Positions 17,464 to 25,661 of a stretch of DNA of 38,499 bases are shown here, in pieces. The stretch spans positions 1 to 38,499 of the forward strand of contig CAZKUJ010000003.1 in the NCBI GenBank assembly GCA_964555925.1, written 5' to 3'. This DNA comes from Candidatus Woesearchaeota archaeon (GTDB taxonomy: Archaea > Nanobdellota > Nanobdellia > Pacearchaeales > GW2011-AR1). The position numbers and the translations under genes are program-made. The notes under the pieces were generated by a model that was not told where the DNA came from, did not search any database, and was given only the letters and a program-made list of their open reading frames with translations. Position 1 is the first letter of the stretch; every line of letters starts with the position of its first letter.

Positions 17464-18927
17464 ATGAGAAAAGAAATTTCATTTCTTGTTATTGCTGCGA
17501 TTATTGCATTGGGCATAATTATTGTCTATTATTGGGGGGGGCAGCCTACGGGATTTTTTGTTTTTGATGAATATGAAAACCAGACAGCTTGTGAAGATGC
17601 AGGATATGTCTGGGAAAATTTAACAGCGCAGAATTGTACTGCTATTGTCGATTGTACTCTTTGTGTAGTTGGATGTAAAACTAATTGTACTGAATGTATC
17701 GATGTTGTAATTGGTGAATGTGTTGAAAATATAACTCTTTCTGAAAATTATTGTGAAGATGCGAATTATACTTGGTGGGAAACTACTGAGCAGAATTGTA
17801 CTGATATTGTTAATTGTACTCTTTGTGTAGTTGGATGTAAAACTAATTGTACTTCTTGTGAAACTATTATAATTAGCGGACGGTGTACTGGAGATGTTTG
17901 CGATTCTGATAATTTAAACTTATGTGTAGAAACAAACTGTACAGAAGCGGGAGGACACTGGTATGACGGTTCCTGTCAGGAATCTGTTCCTAGTCTAACA
18001 TGCGTGCCTTCTTGGAATTGTAGTACGTGGACTCCAGAAATATGTCCATCTTCTGAAACTCAAACAAAAACTTGTAAGGATTTAGAAAATTGTGGAGTTG
18101 AGAAACGTGTTGAGAACAGAACCTGTACCTATACTCAGGCTCCAATGCCCTCTCTTAATGCAGATAATATTGAAAATCTTAAATTAAATCCAGGAGCTTC
18201 TTCTGAAATTGCATGGAATGTTATAAATAGTGGAAAAGTCTTTTTGAGTTCTTGTTCTTTTGAAGCTAGTGGAGATTATGCTGAGTGGATTTCTTTTGCA
18301 GGTGATGGAATAACAGATATTGGAATAGGAAATACAGCTAATTTTAATTTTAGTGTTAATGTTCCTGAAGAAATTGAAGAAGGAGAGTATGCTTTGAGTG
18401 TTATTGTTAGATGTTCTCAAGTATATGTTTCAAAGCAATTTGTTTTGCAGGTTGAAACTAAGAAACTCGAATTTGATCTAATTGCTGCAGATAGAACAAG
18501 ATTAGATAAGGTAAGAATAATTTATTCTTTAGGAGAGCTTACAGGAGAGGCCCAGGATGTAGCACTTAAGTTTTTACTTATTGGAGCAGGGGCTGAAGAG
18601 GTTGCATTTATTGAAGAAAATAGAAGTCTTAAGGCAAACGCAACTAAAGAATTCACTGCTAACATGCCGATTAATGAATCTCTAGAAGGAGAGCTTGAAT
18701 TAGTTATTAATTATAATTCAGAAATATACTCAAGTTCTGTAAGAGAGCCAATTGTTCTTGGTGCACCTATTGGAGGAGCAGCAATCTTCGAAGATATTGG
18801 TACTGGTGAAATTGCTATTATTGTAATTGTTCTGGTTTCTTTGGTTTTAGCATTGTTTGTTGTAAAAAAGATAAGAAGTTCTGGAAAAACACTAAAAACT
18901 CTATTTCAACGTAAAAAAGAAGTATAA
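17464..18927 (+). CDS. Cys-rich, membrane-anchored surface (glyco)protein with internal repeat and probable Ig-like domains
   Basis: N-terminal hydrophobic segment, duplicated QNCTxIVxCTLCVVGCKTNCT, WNCSTWTPEIC...QTKTC segment, many N-x-S/T sequons, C-terminal TM plus basic tail. Confidence 0.85.
   Translation: MRKEISFLVIAAIIALGIIIVYYWGGQPTGFFVFDEYENQTACEDAGYVWENLTAQNCTAIVDCTLCVVGCKTNCTECIDVVIGECVENITLSENYCEDANYTWWETTEQNCTDIVNCTLCVVGCKTNCTSCETIIISGRCTGDVCDSDNLNLCVETNCTEAGGHWYDGSCQESVPSLTCVPSWNCSTWTPEICPSSETQTKTCKDLENCGVEKRVENRTCTYTQAPMPSLNADNIENLKLNPGASSEIAWNVINSGKVFLSSCSFEASGDYAEWISFAGDGITDIGIGNTANFNFSVNVPEEIEEGEYALSVIVRCSQVYVSKQFVLQVETKKLEFDLIAADRTRLDKVRIIYSLGELTGEAQDVALKFLLIGAGAEEVAFIEENRSLKANATKEFTANMPINESLEGELELVINYNSEIYSSSVREPIVLGAPIGGAAIFEDIGTGEIAIIVIVLVSLVLALFVVKKIRSSGKTLKTLFQRKKEV
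17651..17853 (+). repeat. 41-bp perfect direct repeat, 162-nt (54-codon) period
   Basis: ATTGTACTCTTTGTGTAGTTGGATGTAAAACTAATTGTACT at 17651-17691 and 17813-17853. Confidence 0.93.
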
Positions 18928-18964
18928 AATTTCTTTTTAGCAAATTTTAAATCAAACTTTATAA

Positions 18965-19002
18965 GTAGTGCCTACAAAACATTTAAATATCTCTTTGTAG
19001 TG
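18965..19002 (+). promoter_or_regulatory. glyS promoter: TATA box flanked by a candidate operator
   Basis: TTTAAATA at 18982-18989, 21 nt before the ATG. Inverted repeat CTACAAA (18972-78) / TTTGTAG (18994-19000). GTAGTG at 18965 and 18997. Palindrome GTAG-N3-CTAC at 18965-75. Confidence 0.55.
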
Positions 19003-19010
19003 GGTAATTA

Positions 19011-20717
19011 ATGGCATTTATCGTTAAAAAAAATATTCATGGAAAAGAATACTTCTATCTAAATGAAAACAAAAGAGTAGAGGGGAAAGTAAAAACAAAG
19101 ACCCTGGCTTATCTTGGGAAGTCAAAGAAAGAAGCAGAGAAAAGAGCAAAAGAAATTATTAAAAATTTAGAAAATGGAAAAAGGCCTATGCAAGAAAAAG
19201 AAAAAATAAAGAATAAAAAACAAGATATTAAAAAGGAGAAACTATCCGAAACCAAGATGGAAATTCAAAAAATTTCAATTGAAGAATTAACGACTTTTTG
19301 CAAGCGTAAAGGATTTGTTTATCAATCAGGAGAACTTTATGGAGGATTTGCCGGTTTCTGGGACTTTGGCCATTTGGGAGTTGAAATGAAGAATAATATA
19401 AAAAAATTATGGTGGCAATTTCATGTAGCAGAAAGAGAAGATATTGTCGGAATTGACGGGAGCATTATAACAAATCCACAGGTTTGGGTTGCCTCAGGAC
19501 ATGTTTCAAGTTTCGTGGATGTTGCAATTGTGAACAAAAAAACAAAAGAAAAACTTAAAATCGACAAATTTGAAGCAGAGAATTACAAAGATAATCCTGA
19601 CTTTGAGATTAAAGGAGAGTTTAATCCGATGTTTACAACCCAGGTTGGGCCTGTTGAAGGAGACTCAATCAAGTCTTATCTTAGACCTGAAACAGCACAA
19701 CTGATTTTTACAAATTTTAAATATGTTTATGACAATGCGAGACTTAAACTTCCTTTCGGAATAGCCCAGATTGGAAAAGCATTTAGAAATGAAATTGCTC
19801 CAAGAGATTTTTTATTCCGTTCGAGAGAATTCGAACAAATGGAAATCGAGTATTTTATTAATCCAAAAGAAGAGAAGTGCCCTTATGCAATTCCAGATGT
19901 TGAAGTTTTCATCTATTCTGAAGAAATCCAGAAAAAGAATTCAGAACCAATAAAAATGAAAATAAAAGATGCTTTTGAAAAAGGAATAATCAAAAAGGAA
20001 TGGCATGCTTATTGGCTAGCTCTTGAACTTTTATGGTTTAAGAATCTCGGTGCAAATCTTGAAAACTTTAGAATAAGACAACATTCTAAAGAAGAGCTTT
20101 CGCATTATTCTTCAGATACATGGGATCTTGAATATAAATTTCCTTTTGGATGGAAAGAACTTGAGGGGATTGCCGATAGGGGAGATTATGATTTGTCCCA
20201 ACACGAAAAATCTTCAAAAAAAGATTTAAAAATTTTTGATGAAAATTCAAAAGAGAAGATTCTTCCACATGTCATTTGTGAACCAAGTTTGGGTGTTGAA
20301 AGAGCATTTTTGGTTTTTATGTTTGATTCTTATTTTTATGATAGTGAAAGAGAAAACGTGGTTTTGAAACTTAATCCAAAACTTGCTCCGATTAAAGCAG
20401 CGGTTTTTCCAATTGTTAAAACAAACAAAAATATTGTTAAAATTGCTAGAGAAGTTTATGAGGAATTAAAAAAAGAATTTAATGTGGATTATGATTCTGG
20501 AGGAAGTGTTGGTAGAAGATATTCGCGAAACGATGAAATAGGGACACCTTTTTGCATAACTATTGATGAAGAAAGTCTAAATAAAAAAGATGTCACAATT
20601 CGCGAAAGAGATACAAAAAAGCAAATAAGGGTAAAAATTTCCGAACTAAAAAATATTTTAAGAAAATTAATTGAAAAAGAGATTGAATTTGAAGCAGCAG
20701 GGAAGATTTTCAAATAA
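19011..20717 (+). CDS. glyS: Glycyl-tRNA synthetase (alpha2 type) with an 82-aa N-terminal extension
   Basis: YGGFAGFWDFG, WVASGH, YLRPETAQ, GKAFRNEI, REFEQME, ELEGIADR, EPSLGVER and an anticodon-binding domain (GRRYSRNDEIGTPF). Confidence 0.97.
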   Translation: MAFIVKKNIHGKEYFYLNENKRVEGKVKTKTLAYLGKSKKEAEKRAKEIIKNLENGKRPMQEKEKIKNKKQDIKKEKLSETKMEIQKISIEELTTFCKRKGFVYQSGELYGGFAGFWDFGHLGVEMKNNIKKLWWQFHVAEREDIVGIDGSIITNPQVWVASGHVSSFVDVAIVNKKTKEKLKIDKFEAENYKDNPDFEIKGEFNPMFTTQVGPVEGDSIKSYLRPETAQLIFTNFKYVYDNARLKLPFGIAQIGKAFRNEIAPRDFLFRSREFEQMEIEYFINPKEEKCPYAIPDVEVFIYSEEIQKKNSEPIKMKIKDAFEKGIIKKEWHAYWLALELLWFKNLGANLENFRIRQHSKEELSHYSSDTWDLEYKFPFGWKELEGIADRGDYDLSQHEKSSKKDLKIFDENSKEKILPHVICEPSLGVERAFLVFMFDSYFYDSERENVVLKLNPKLAPIKAAVFPIVKTNKNIVKIAREVYEELKKEFNVDYDSGGSVGRRYSRNDEIGTPFCITIDEESLNKKDVTIRERDTKKQIRVKISELKNILRKLIEKEIEFEAAGKIFK

Positions 20718-20860
20718 TTTTTATTAGAATAATTTATCGACGGGAAATGGGAAAAAACCAAAAATCTTATTAATTTAGAATTTGCAACTTTATTCTCAAA
20801 GCCAAAACTTTTTTAAATAAATGATTCTTGTTAATAATAATTAAAAGTAGGGGTGTAAAA

Positions 20861-20917
20861 ATGGCTAAGAAAAAGGCAGTAAAAAAGAAATCATCTAAGA
20901 AAAAAAAGAAAAGATAA
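20861..20917 (+). CDS. Putative 18-aa Lys-rich microprotein MAKKKAVKKKSSKKKKKR
   Basis: SD-like GGGGTG a few nt before the ATG, TATA-like TTTTAAATA at 20811-20819, clean ATG-TAA frame. Confidence 0.6.
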   Translation: MAKKKAVKKKSSKKKKKR

Positions 20918-20974
20918 ATTTGAGGGTTTTATGTTTTCCTTAAATTTATTGCTCTCTAAATTTGTTTTATTCAA

Positions 20975-21070
20975 ATGAAAGAATGCATTTTGTGGAAGAG
21001 TCAAGGGGGAAATTCCTTCTGAAAAAGTTTTTGAATCTGATAATTTTTTGTGCATTCTAGGCATTTCTTC
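20975..21070 (+). pseudogene. Frameshifted N-terminal remnant of a HIT-family hydrolase
   Basis: MKECI then, in a shifted frame, CGRVKGEIPSEKVFESDNFLCILGI, resembling the HIT start CIFCKIVKGEIPSxKVYEDD. No HxHxH motif follows. Confidence 0.65.
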
Positions 21071-21124
21071 GGTTTTAGATATGCCTGCGGATTTAGAGGG
21101 TGAACTTTTAATTTTAAAATAAAA

Positions 21125-21196
21125 TGGCTGCACCAGGAATTGAACCTGGGACCTCCTGCTCATGAGACAGGCGTTCTACCGCTGAACTATGCAGCC
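21125..21196 (-). tRNA. tRNA with CAT anticodon (elongator Met or Ile2; not initiator)
   Basis: Reverse complement: GGCTGCA/TGCAGCC-A, arm CCTGT-CTCATGA-GCAGG, GGTTCAATTCC. G1-C72 and no triple G-C stem argue against initiator. Confidence 0.9.
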
Positions 21197-21297
21197 CCTC
21201 CTAATTAACTTAAAAGATAAAATTCTTAAATACACTTAATTTAAAAGTTTTGAGGTGCAAAGGGAATTTCGTATAAAGAGAAAAGAAATAGAATTTC

Positions 21298-21477
21298 TTA
21301 TTGATTTTGTCTCTTAATTCTTGCCAAAAAACCCGCTATTTGATTTCTTACTTTTTTGCTTGGTAATGATTTTCCTAAAATTTCTTTGTTATTCTCAAAT
21401 TTTTCATTAAACTCAATCCCTTGTTTCATCAATCCTCGAGCAGTTCTTTTTATTAATTTTGTTTTTATTTTTCCCAT
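21298..21477 (-). CDS. rps17e: Ribosomal protein eS17 (59 aa, below the ORF-track cutoff)
   Basis: Manual translation: MGKIKTKLIKRTARGLMKQGIEFNEKFENNKEILGKSLPSKKVRNQIAGFLARIKRQNQ. Confidence 0.93.
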   Translation of the reverse strand: MGKIKTKLIKRTARGLMKQGIEFNEKFENNKEILGKSLPSKKVRNQIAGFLARIKRQNQ

Positions 21478-21559
21478 TTTATTCTTAGCACTTTTATTCT
21501 GTCTTTTCTTAGGTTTTTAAAAGTTATTATTGCTTTAGAAATCGTTTAAGCAAGCAACT

Positions 21560-22474
21560 CTATTTTAACTTTTCTATAGAACCCAAATTTCTTGTCGCGG
21601 TGATAATATCTTGAACTTTTTTTAGAGGTCCTTCAAGGCAAACAATATCATAAGGCAAATTAAACCCCAATATTTTTTTAGATGCTTTTATTATATCTAA
21701 GTCACTTATTTTCTTCTTATTGTATGCGACCAAAATCTTTTCTTTATTTTCTTCTCTTATTTTAATTAGAATTTCATTTTTACTAAAACTTACAATATCT
21801 ATTAGCTCTAGAGATTTTTCTGATAAGAATTCTTTTATTTTATTGAAGAAAGTGCTATCTTTTTGAGGAGATTTCCTTTTTCCTTTTTTTTGTTTTTTAA
21901 TTCTTTTAATTTTAGGTTTATCAAAAATATCTAATGCTTTTTCTTTGATTTTTTCTAAATCTGGTTGAAATTGATGAACACCCGCATTAAATTGCATTGG
22001 TATAGAAAGTTCTTTGATTTTTGGAGTTATCTCTTCTATTTTTTCAATTTTTTCTTTAACCAAGCCTGGTTCTTGCACACTAAAAAACTTCCACACTAAT
22101 TTTTCGTTTCTCTTCATAGGTATTGCAAAATCTTTTATTTCCCTTAATGCAACTCGAATTGCAGGCTCTTGCTCAGAATCCTCTAAAAACTTTTTTTCTT
22201 TTAGAAGTGCATAAGCATCTTTTTCTTTGCTTTTTAGATGAAATGCAAATCTTTCAAGCATAAATTCCTGTCCTGGAAGAAGATAAAGTGGTGAACTACC
22301 AACTCGCATATGGCTCGTTTTTATTCTTCTTTCTGAGAGAAGCTCTGAAAGAAAAGCAGATGTGAAAAGGGTATTTGATTCAATTTCTCTTGCAATATGA
22401 ACCGGGAGACCCGGGCCATTTCTTCTCAAAAAAGAAATTATTTTATTTTTTATTTCAGATGTATCTTGAGTCAT
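21560..22474 (-). CDS. Hypothetical protein with N-terminal winged-helix-like domain
   Basis: KIISFLRRNGPGLPVHIAREI...SAFLSEL...VGSSPLY pattern, Lys-rich linker, alpha/beta C-terminal domain. Confidence 0.7.
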   Translation of the reverse strand: MTQDTSEIKNKIISFLRRNGPGLPVHIAREIESNTLFTSAFLSELLSERRIKTSHMRVGSSPLYLLPGQEFMLERFAFHLKSKEKDAYALLKEKKFLEDSEQEPAIRVALREIKDFAIPMKRNEKLVWKFFSVQEPGLVKEKIEKIEEITPKIKELSIPMQFNAGVHQFQPDLEKIKEKALDIFDKPKIKRIKKQKKGKRKSPQKDSTFFNKIKEFLSEKSLELIDIVSFSKNEILIKIREENKEKILVAYNKKKISDLDIIKASKKILGFNLPYDIVCLEGPLKKVQDIITATRNLGSIEKLK

Positions 22475-22551
22475 TTAGAAAAAAGAATTTCAAGCATTAT
22501 AAATTTTCTTACGCTGCTATAATATGGTGAAGTTCCCTTAAAAAAGGCGCC

Positions 22552-23070
22552 TTATGGTCTAATCCACTTTACTTCATAATAACTTACATCATTTTCTTCG
22601 TCCACAATTGCTAAAAGAAGATTTTTCTTTGTACTATGGGCTACCCGATTTTTTGCAGAAAATTCATGCCAAGTTATTCTTTTTGCCTCATGGTCAGCGA
22701 ATACAATCCATTTGGCATGCTTTATTCCGGGTTTTACACCTTTATCGTAAACTCTAAAATCAGCTCCAAATTTAAGAGCTGTTTTTACAACATATCCTCT
22801 TTCTCTTAAATTCCTAAACACCGGATATTTAATGTGAATTCTTTTGTCAAATCTATCTATTTTTTTTAAAAGCTCTTTTAAAGGAATTTTTTTGTTTCTT
22901 TGAAAAATCTCTATTTTGTCTTTTTCTGCAAGAAAAAGAGCTTCTGATAGAGAATATTGAATTTTTTCTCCTATGGGCTCTCCAAAATTACTTTTTTTAT
23001 ACAGTGTGAATGCTTCTGGTGAATTACTTGAGATACATCCTTCAATAAACTGCACTGGAATTTTTTCCAT
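22552..23070 (-). CDS. endA: tRNA-splicing endonuclease (tRNA-intron lyase)
   Basis: VFRNLRERGYVVKTALKFGADFRVY, KHAKW and RVAHSTKK supply the Tyr-His-Lys triad. Confidence 0.95.
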   Translation of the reverse strand: MEKIPVQFIEGCISSNSPEAFTLYKKSNFGEPIGEKIQYSLSEALFLAEKDKIEIFQRNKKIPLKELLKKIDRFDKRIHIKYPVFRNLRERGYVVKTALKFGADFRVYDKGVKPGIKHAKWIVFADHEAKRITWHEFSAKNRVAHSTKKNLLLAIVDEENDVSYYEVKWIRP

Positions 23071-23126
23071 ATAAATTAACGTTAAAGATAATATTTAAAA
23101 GTTGCTGAGTTGTTCTTTATTGTTAT

Positions 23127-25610
23127 ATGGAATACAACTACGACTTTAATAAAATCGAGCAAAAATGGCAAAAGAACTGGGAGAAATCAAAAATTTTTGA
23201 AGTAAAAGACAATACAAAAAAAAAGAAATTTTATGTTTTAGACATGTTTCCATACCCCTCTGCTTTAGGGCTTCATATGGGGCACGCTTTTGTTTTTTCA
23301 TTAGGTGATATTTTTGCAAGATTTAAGAGATTACAAGGATTTAATGTTCTTTATCCGATTGGATATGATGCCCTAGGCTTGCCAGCTGAAAATGCAGCCA
23401 TTCAAGCGAAAATCCATCCTTTAGAATACACAAAAAATTCAATTAAGAACTTTATGAAACAACAAAAAGCTATGGGCTGGAGTTATGACTGGAATCGTTT
23501 AATAAATACTTCTGAACCGAATTATTATAAATGGGATCAGTGGATTTTTTTAAAAATGCTTGAAAAGGGAATTGCTTACAGAAAAAAAGCACCTGTTAAT
23601 TGGTGTTCTAAATGCGAAAGTGTTCTTGCAAATGAACAGGTTGTTAATGGATGTTGCTGGAGACACGAGGATACTTTTGTAGAAATAAAACATCTAGAGC
23701 AATGGTTTCTTAAAATTACTAATTATGCTGAAGAATTGCTTAGGGGTCTTGAGAAATTAGATTGGCCAGAGAATGCGAAAAAATTACAAAAAAACTGGAT
23801 TGGAAAATCATCAGGAACAGAAATTGATTTTGAAATTATAAATTCTGAAAAAAGTCTTGGAAAATGGCAGATATTTACGACCAGATCTGATACGATTTAT
23901 GGGATTACATTTATGGTGGTTTCTGCTCAGCATTCTCGACTTGAAGGGCTAATTGTTCCAAATCAGAAAAGGGAAGTTGAAAACTTTCTAAAAAAATTAA
24001 AGGGGATTTCTGAAAAACAATTGGAAGATATGGAAAAAGAAGGTGTTTTTACAGGAAGCTATGCAATAAATCCTCTTACATTAGAAAAAATTCCAATATA
24101 TGTGGGAAATTTTGTTGTTGCTGATTATGGCTCTGGAATGGTTATGGCTGTACCTGCTCATGATTTCCGCGATTTTGAATTTGCAAAGAAATATTCTCTT
24201 CCTGTAAAAGTTGTGATAAATTCCCAAAATTCTAAATTAAAAAAAGACAAAATAGATTCTGCTTATGTTGGAGAAGGCAATCTGATAAATTCAGGAGAGT
24301 TTAATGGGCTTAACAACAAAGAAGCAATTGAAGCTATTACTTTGCATTTAGAGAAGAAAAAATTAGGCAGAAGAAAGATTAGTTATAAATTAAGAGATTG
24401 GCTGATTTCTCGTCAAAGATATTGGGGAACTCCCATACCTGTGATTTATTGTGAAAAATGTGGAATTGTTCCTGTTCCTGAGAAAGATTTACCTGTTGTT
24501 CTGCCAAAAAAAGTTGAATTTGGCAAAGGAAATCCTTTACTCACAAATGAATCCTGGTTAAAAGTTAAATGTCCAAAATGCAGAAGGAATTCTAGAAGAG
24601 AAACAGATACTATGGACACTTTTGCTAATTCTTCGTGGTATTATCTAAGATATACAGATCCAAATAACAATAAAAAAATTTTTGATAGCAAAAAAGCGAA
24701 TTATTGGGCCCCTATTGACCAGTACATTGGCGGACCAGAACACATTACTGCGCATTTAATTTATGCTAGATTTTATACAAAATTTTTAAGAGATTTGGAA
24801 ATTATTAACTTTAATGAGCCTGCCCTAAGATATTTTACTCAAGGAATTGTCCATGCTTCTGATGGAGAGAAAATGTCCAAATCAAAAGGAAATGTTGTTG
24901 AACCTTTGAATATAATAAAAAAATACGGAGCAGACACTTTAAGGCTTGCGTTGGTAAGCATAGCTTCTTCGGATAAAAATACAAATTGGGATGAAAAAAT
25001 TGTTATTGGAAGCCACAAATTTCTGAATAAAGTTTATAATTATTTTGCAAATTTTAAAAAAGGAAAAATTAATTCCTTTGTTGAGAGCAAATTAAATAAA
25101 ACAATCCAGAAGGTTACAGATTATGTTCAGAATTTTAAATATAATCTTGCGGTCATAGAATTAAGAGAACTTTTTTCTGTTATTGAAGAGCAAGGAATTG
25201 ATAAAAAGAATGCTTCTAAATTTTTAGCAATGTTGCATCTTTTTTGCCCTTTTATTACTGAAGAGCTTTTCTCTAAATTAGGATTTAAGAAATTTTTGAG
25301 TTTATTTCAATGGCCAGAAGCTGATGAAAGCAAAATAGATGAAAAATTGGAAGAACAAGAATTAGCTGTAGATAAATTAGCAAAAGATATTAGGAATATT
25401 CTCGGAATTTTGGAATTGCGGGGAGAAAAAGAAAAGAAAATTGCAAGAATTTATTCTGTTCCTCAAGAAATGAATTTTTACAAAGAAAACACCCTAAAGT
25501 TGGAAAAGTCTACTTCTTTGAAGATTGAAATTTATTCTATAAAAGATGCTGCAAAAACCGGTAAGCAAATTCAAGCTAAACCAGGAAAACCAGGAATTTA
25601 TCTTGAGTAA
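23127..25610 (+). CDS. leuS: Leucyl-tRNA synthetase (bacterial-type core)
   Basis: DMFPYPS...HMGH, DALGLPAENAA, LANEQV, CP1 editing domain (TTRSDT, AVPAHD), RDWLISRQRYWGTPIP, KMSKSKGN. Confidence 0.97.
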   Translation: MEYNYDFNKIEQKWQKNWEKSKIFEVKDNTKKKKFYVLDMFPYPSALGLHMGHAFVFSLGDIFARFKRLQGFNVLYPIGYDALGLPAENAAIQAKIHPLEYTKNSIKNFMKQQKAMGWSYDWNRLINTSEPNYYKWDQWIFLKMLEKGIAYRKKAPVNWCSKCESVLANEQVVNGCCWRHEDTFVEIKHLEQWFLKITNYAEELLRGLEKLDWPENAKKLQKNWIGKSSGTEIDFEIINSEKSLGKWQIFTTRSDTIYGITFMVVSAQHSRLEGLIVPNQKREVENFLKKLKGISEKQLEDMEKEGVFTGSYAINPLTLEKIPIYVGNFVVADYGSGMVMAVPAHDFRDFEFAKKYSLPVKVVINSQNSKLKKDKIDSAYVGEGNLINSGEFNGLNNKEAIEAITLHLEKKKLGRRKISYKLRDWLISRQRYWGTPIPVIYCEKCGIVPVPEKDLPVVLPKKVEFGKGNPLLTNESWLKVKCPKCRRNSRRETDTMDTFANSSWYYLRYTDPNNNKKIFDSKKANYWAPIDQYIGGPEHITAHLIYARFYTKFLRDLEIINFNEPALRYFTQGIVHASDGEKMSKSKGNVVEPLNIIKKYGADTLRLALVSIASSDKNTNWDEKIVIGSHKFLNKVYNYFANFKKGKINSFVESKLNKTIQKVTDYVQNFKYNLAVIELRELFSVIEEQGIDKKNASKFLAMLHLFCPFITEELFSKLGFKKFLSLFQWPEADESKIDEKLEEQELAVDKLAKDIRNILGILELRGEKEKKIARIYSVPQEMNFYKENTLKLEKSTSLKIEIYSIKDAAKTGKQIQAKPGKPGIYLE

Positions 25611-25661
25611 GATTCATAGCGAATTAGTTAGATTTTTATAACTATTCTGTTTTATTTATAT

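Noticed and set aside
17114-17482. ORFs 17114..17482 (-) and 17145..17327 (+)
   Set aside because: Both overlap the intron-containing tRNA-Cys.
17651-17853. 41-bp repeat as a CRISPR array
   Set aside because: Two copies only, in frame within a CDS, 121-nt spacer, and no cas genes.
20891-21163. 90-aa minus-strand ORF
   Set aside because: It starts at the anticodon of the CAT tRNA and runs antisense to the HIT remnant and the microgene.
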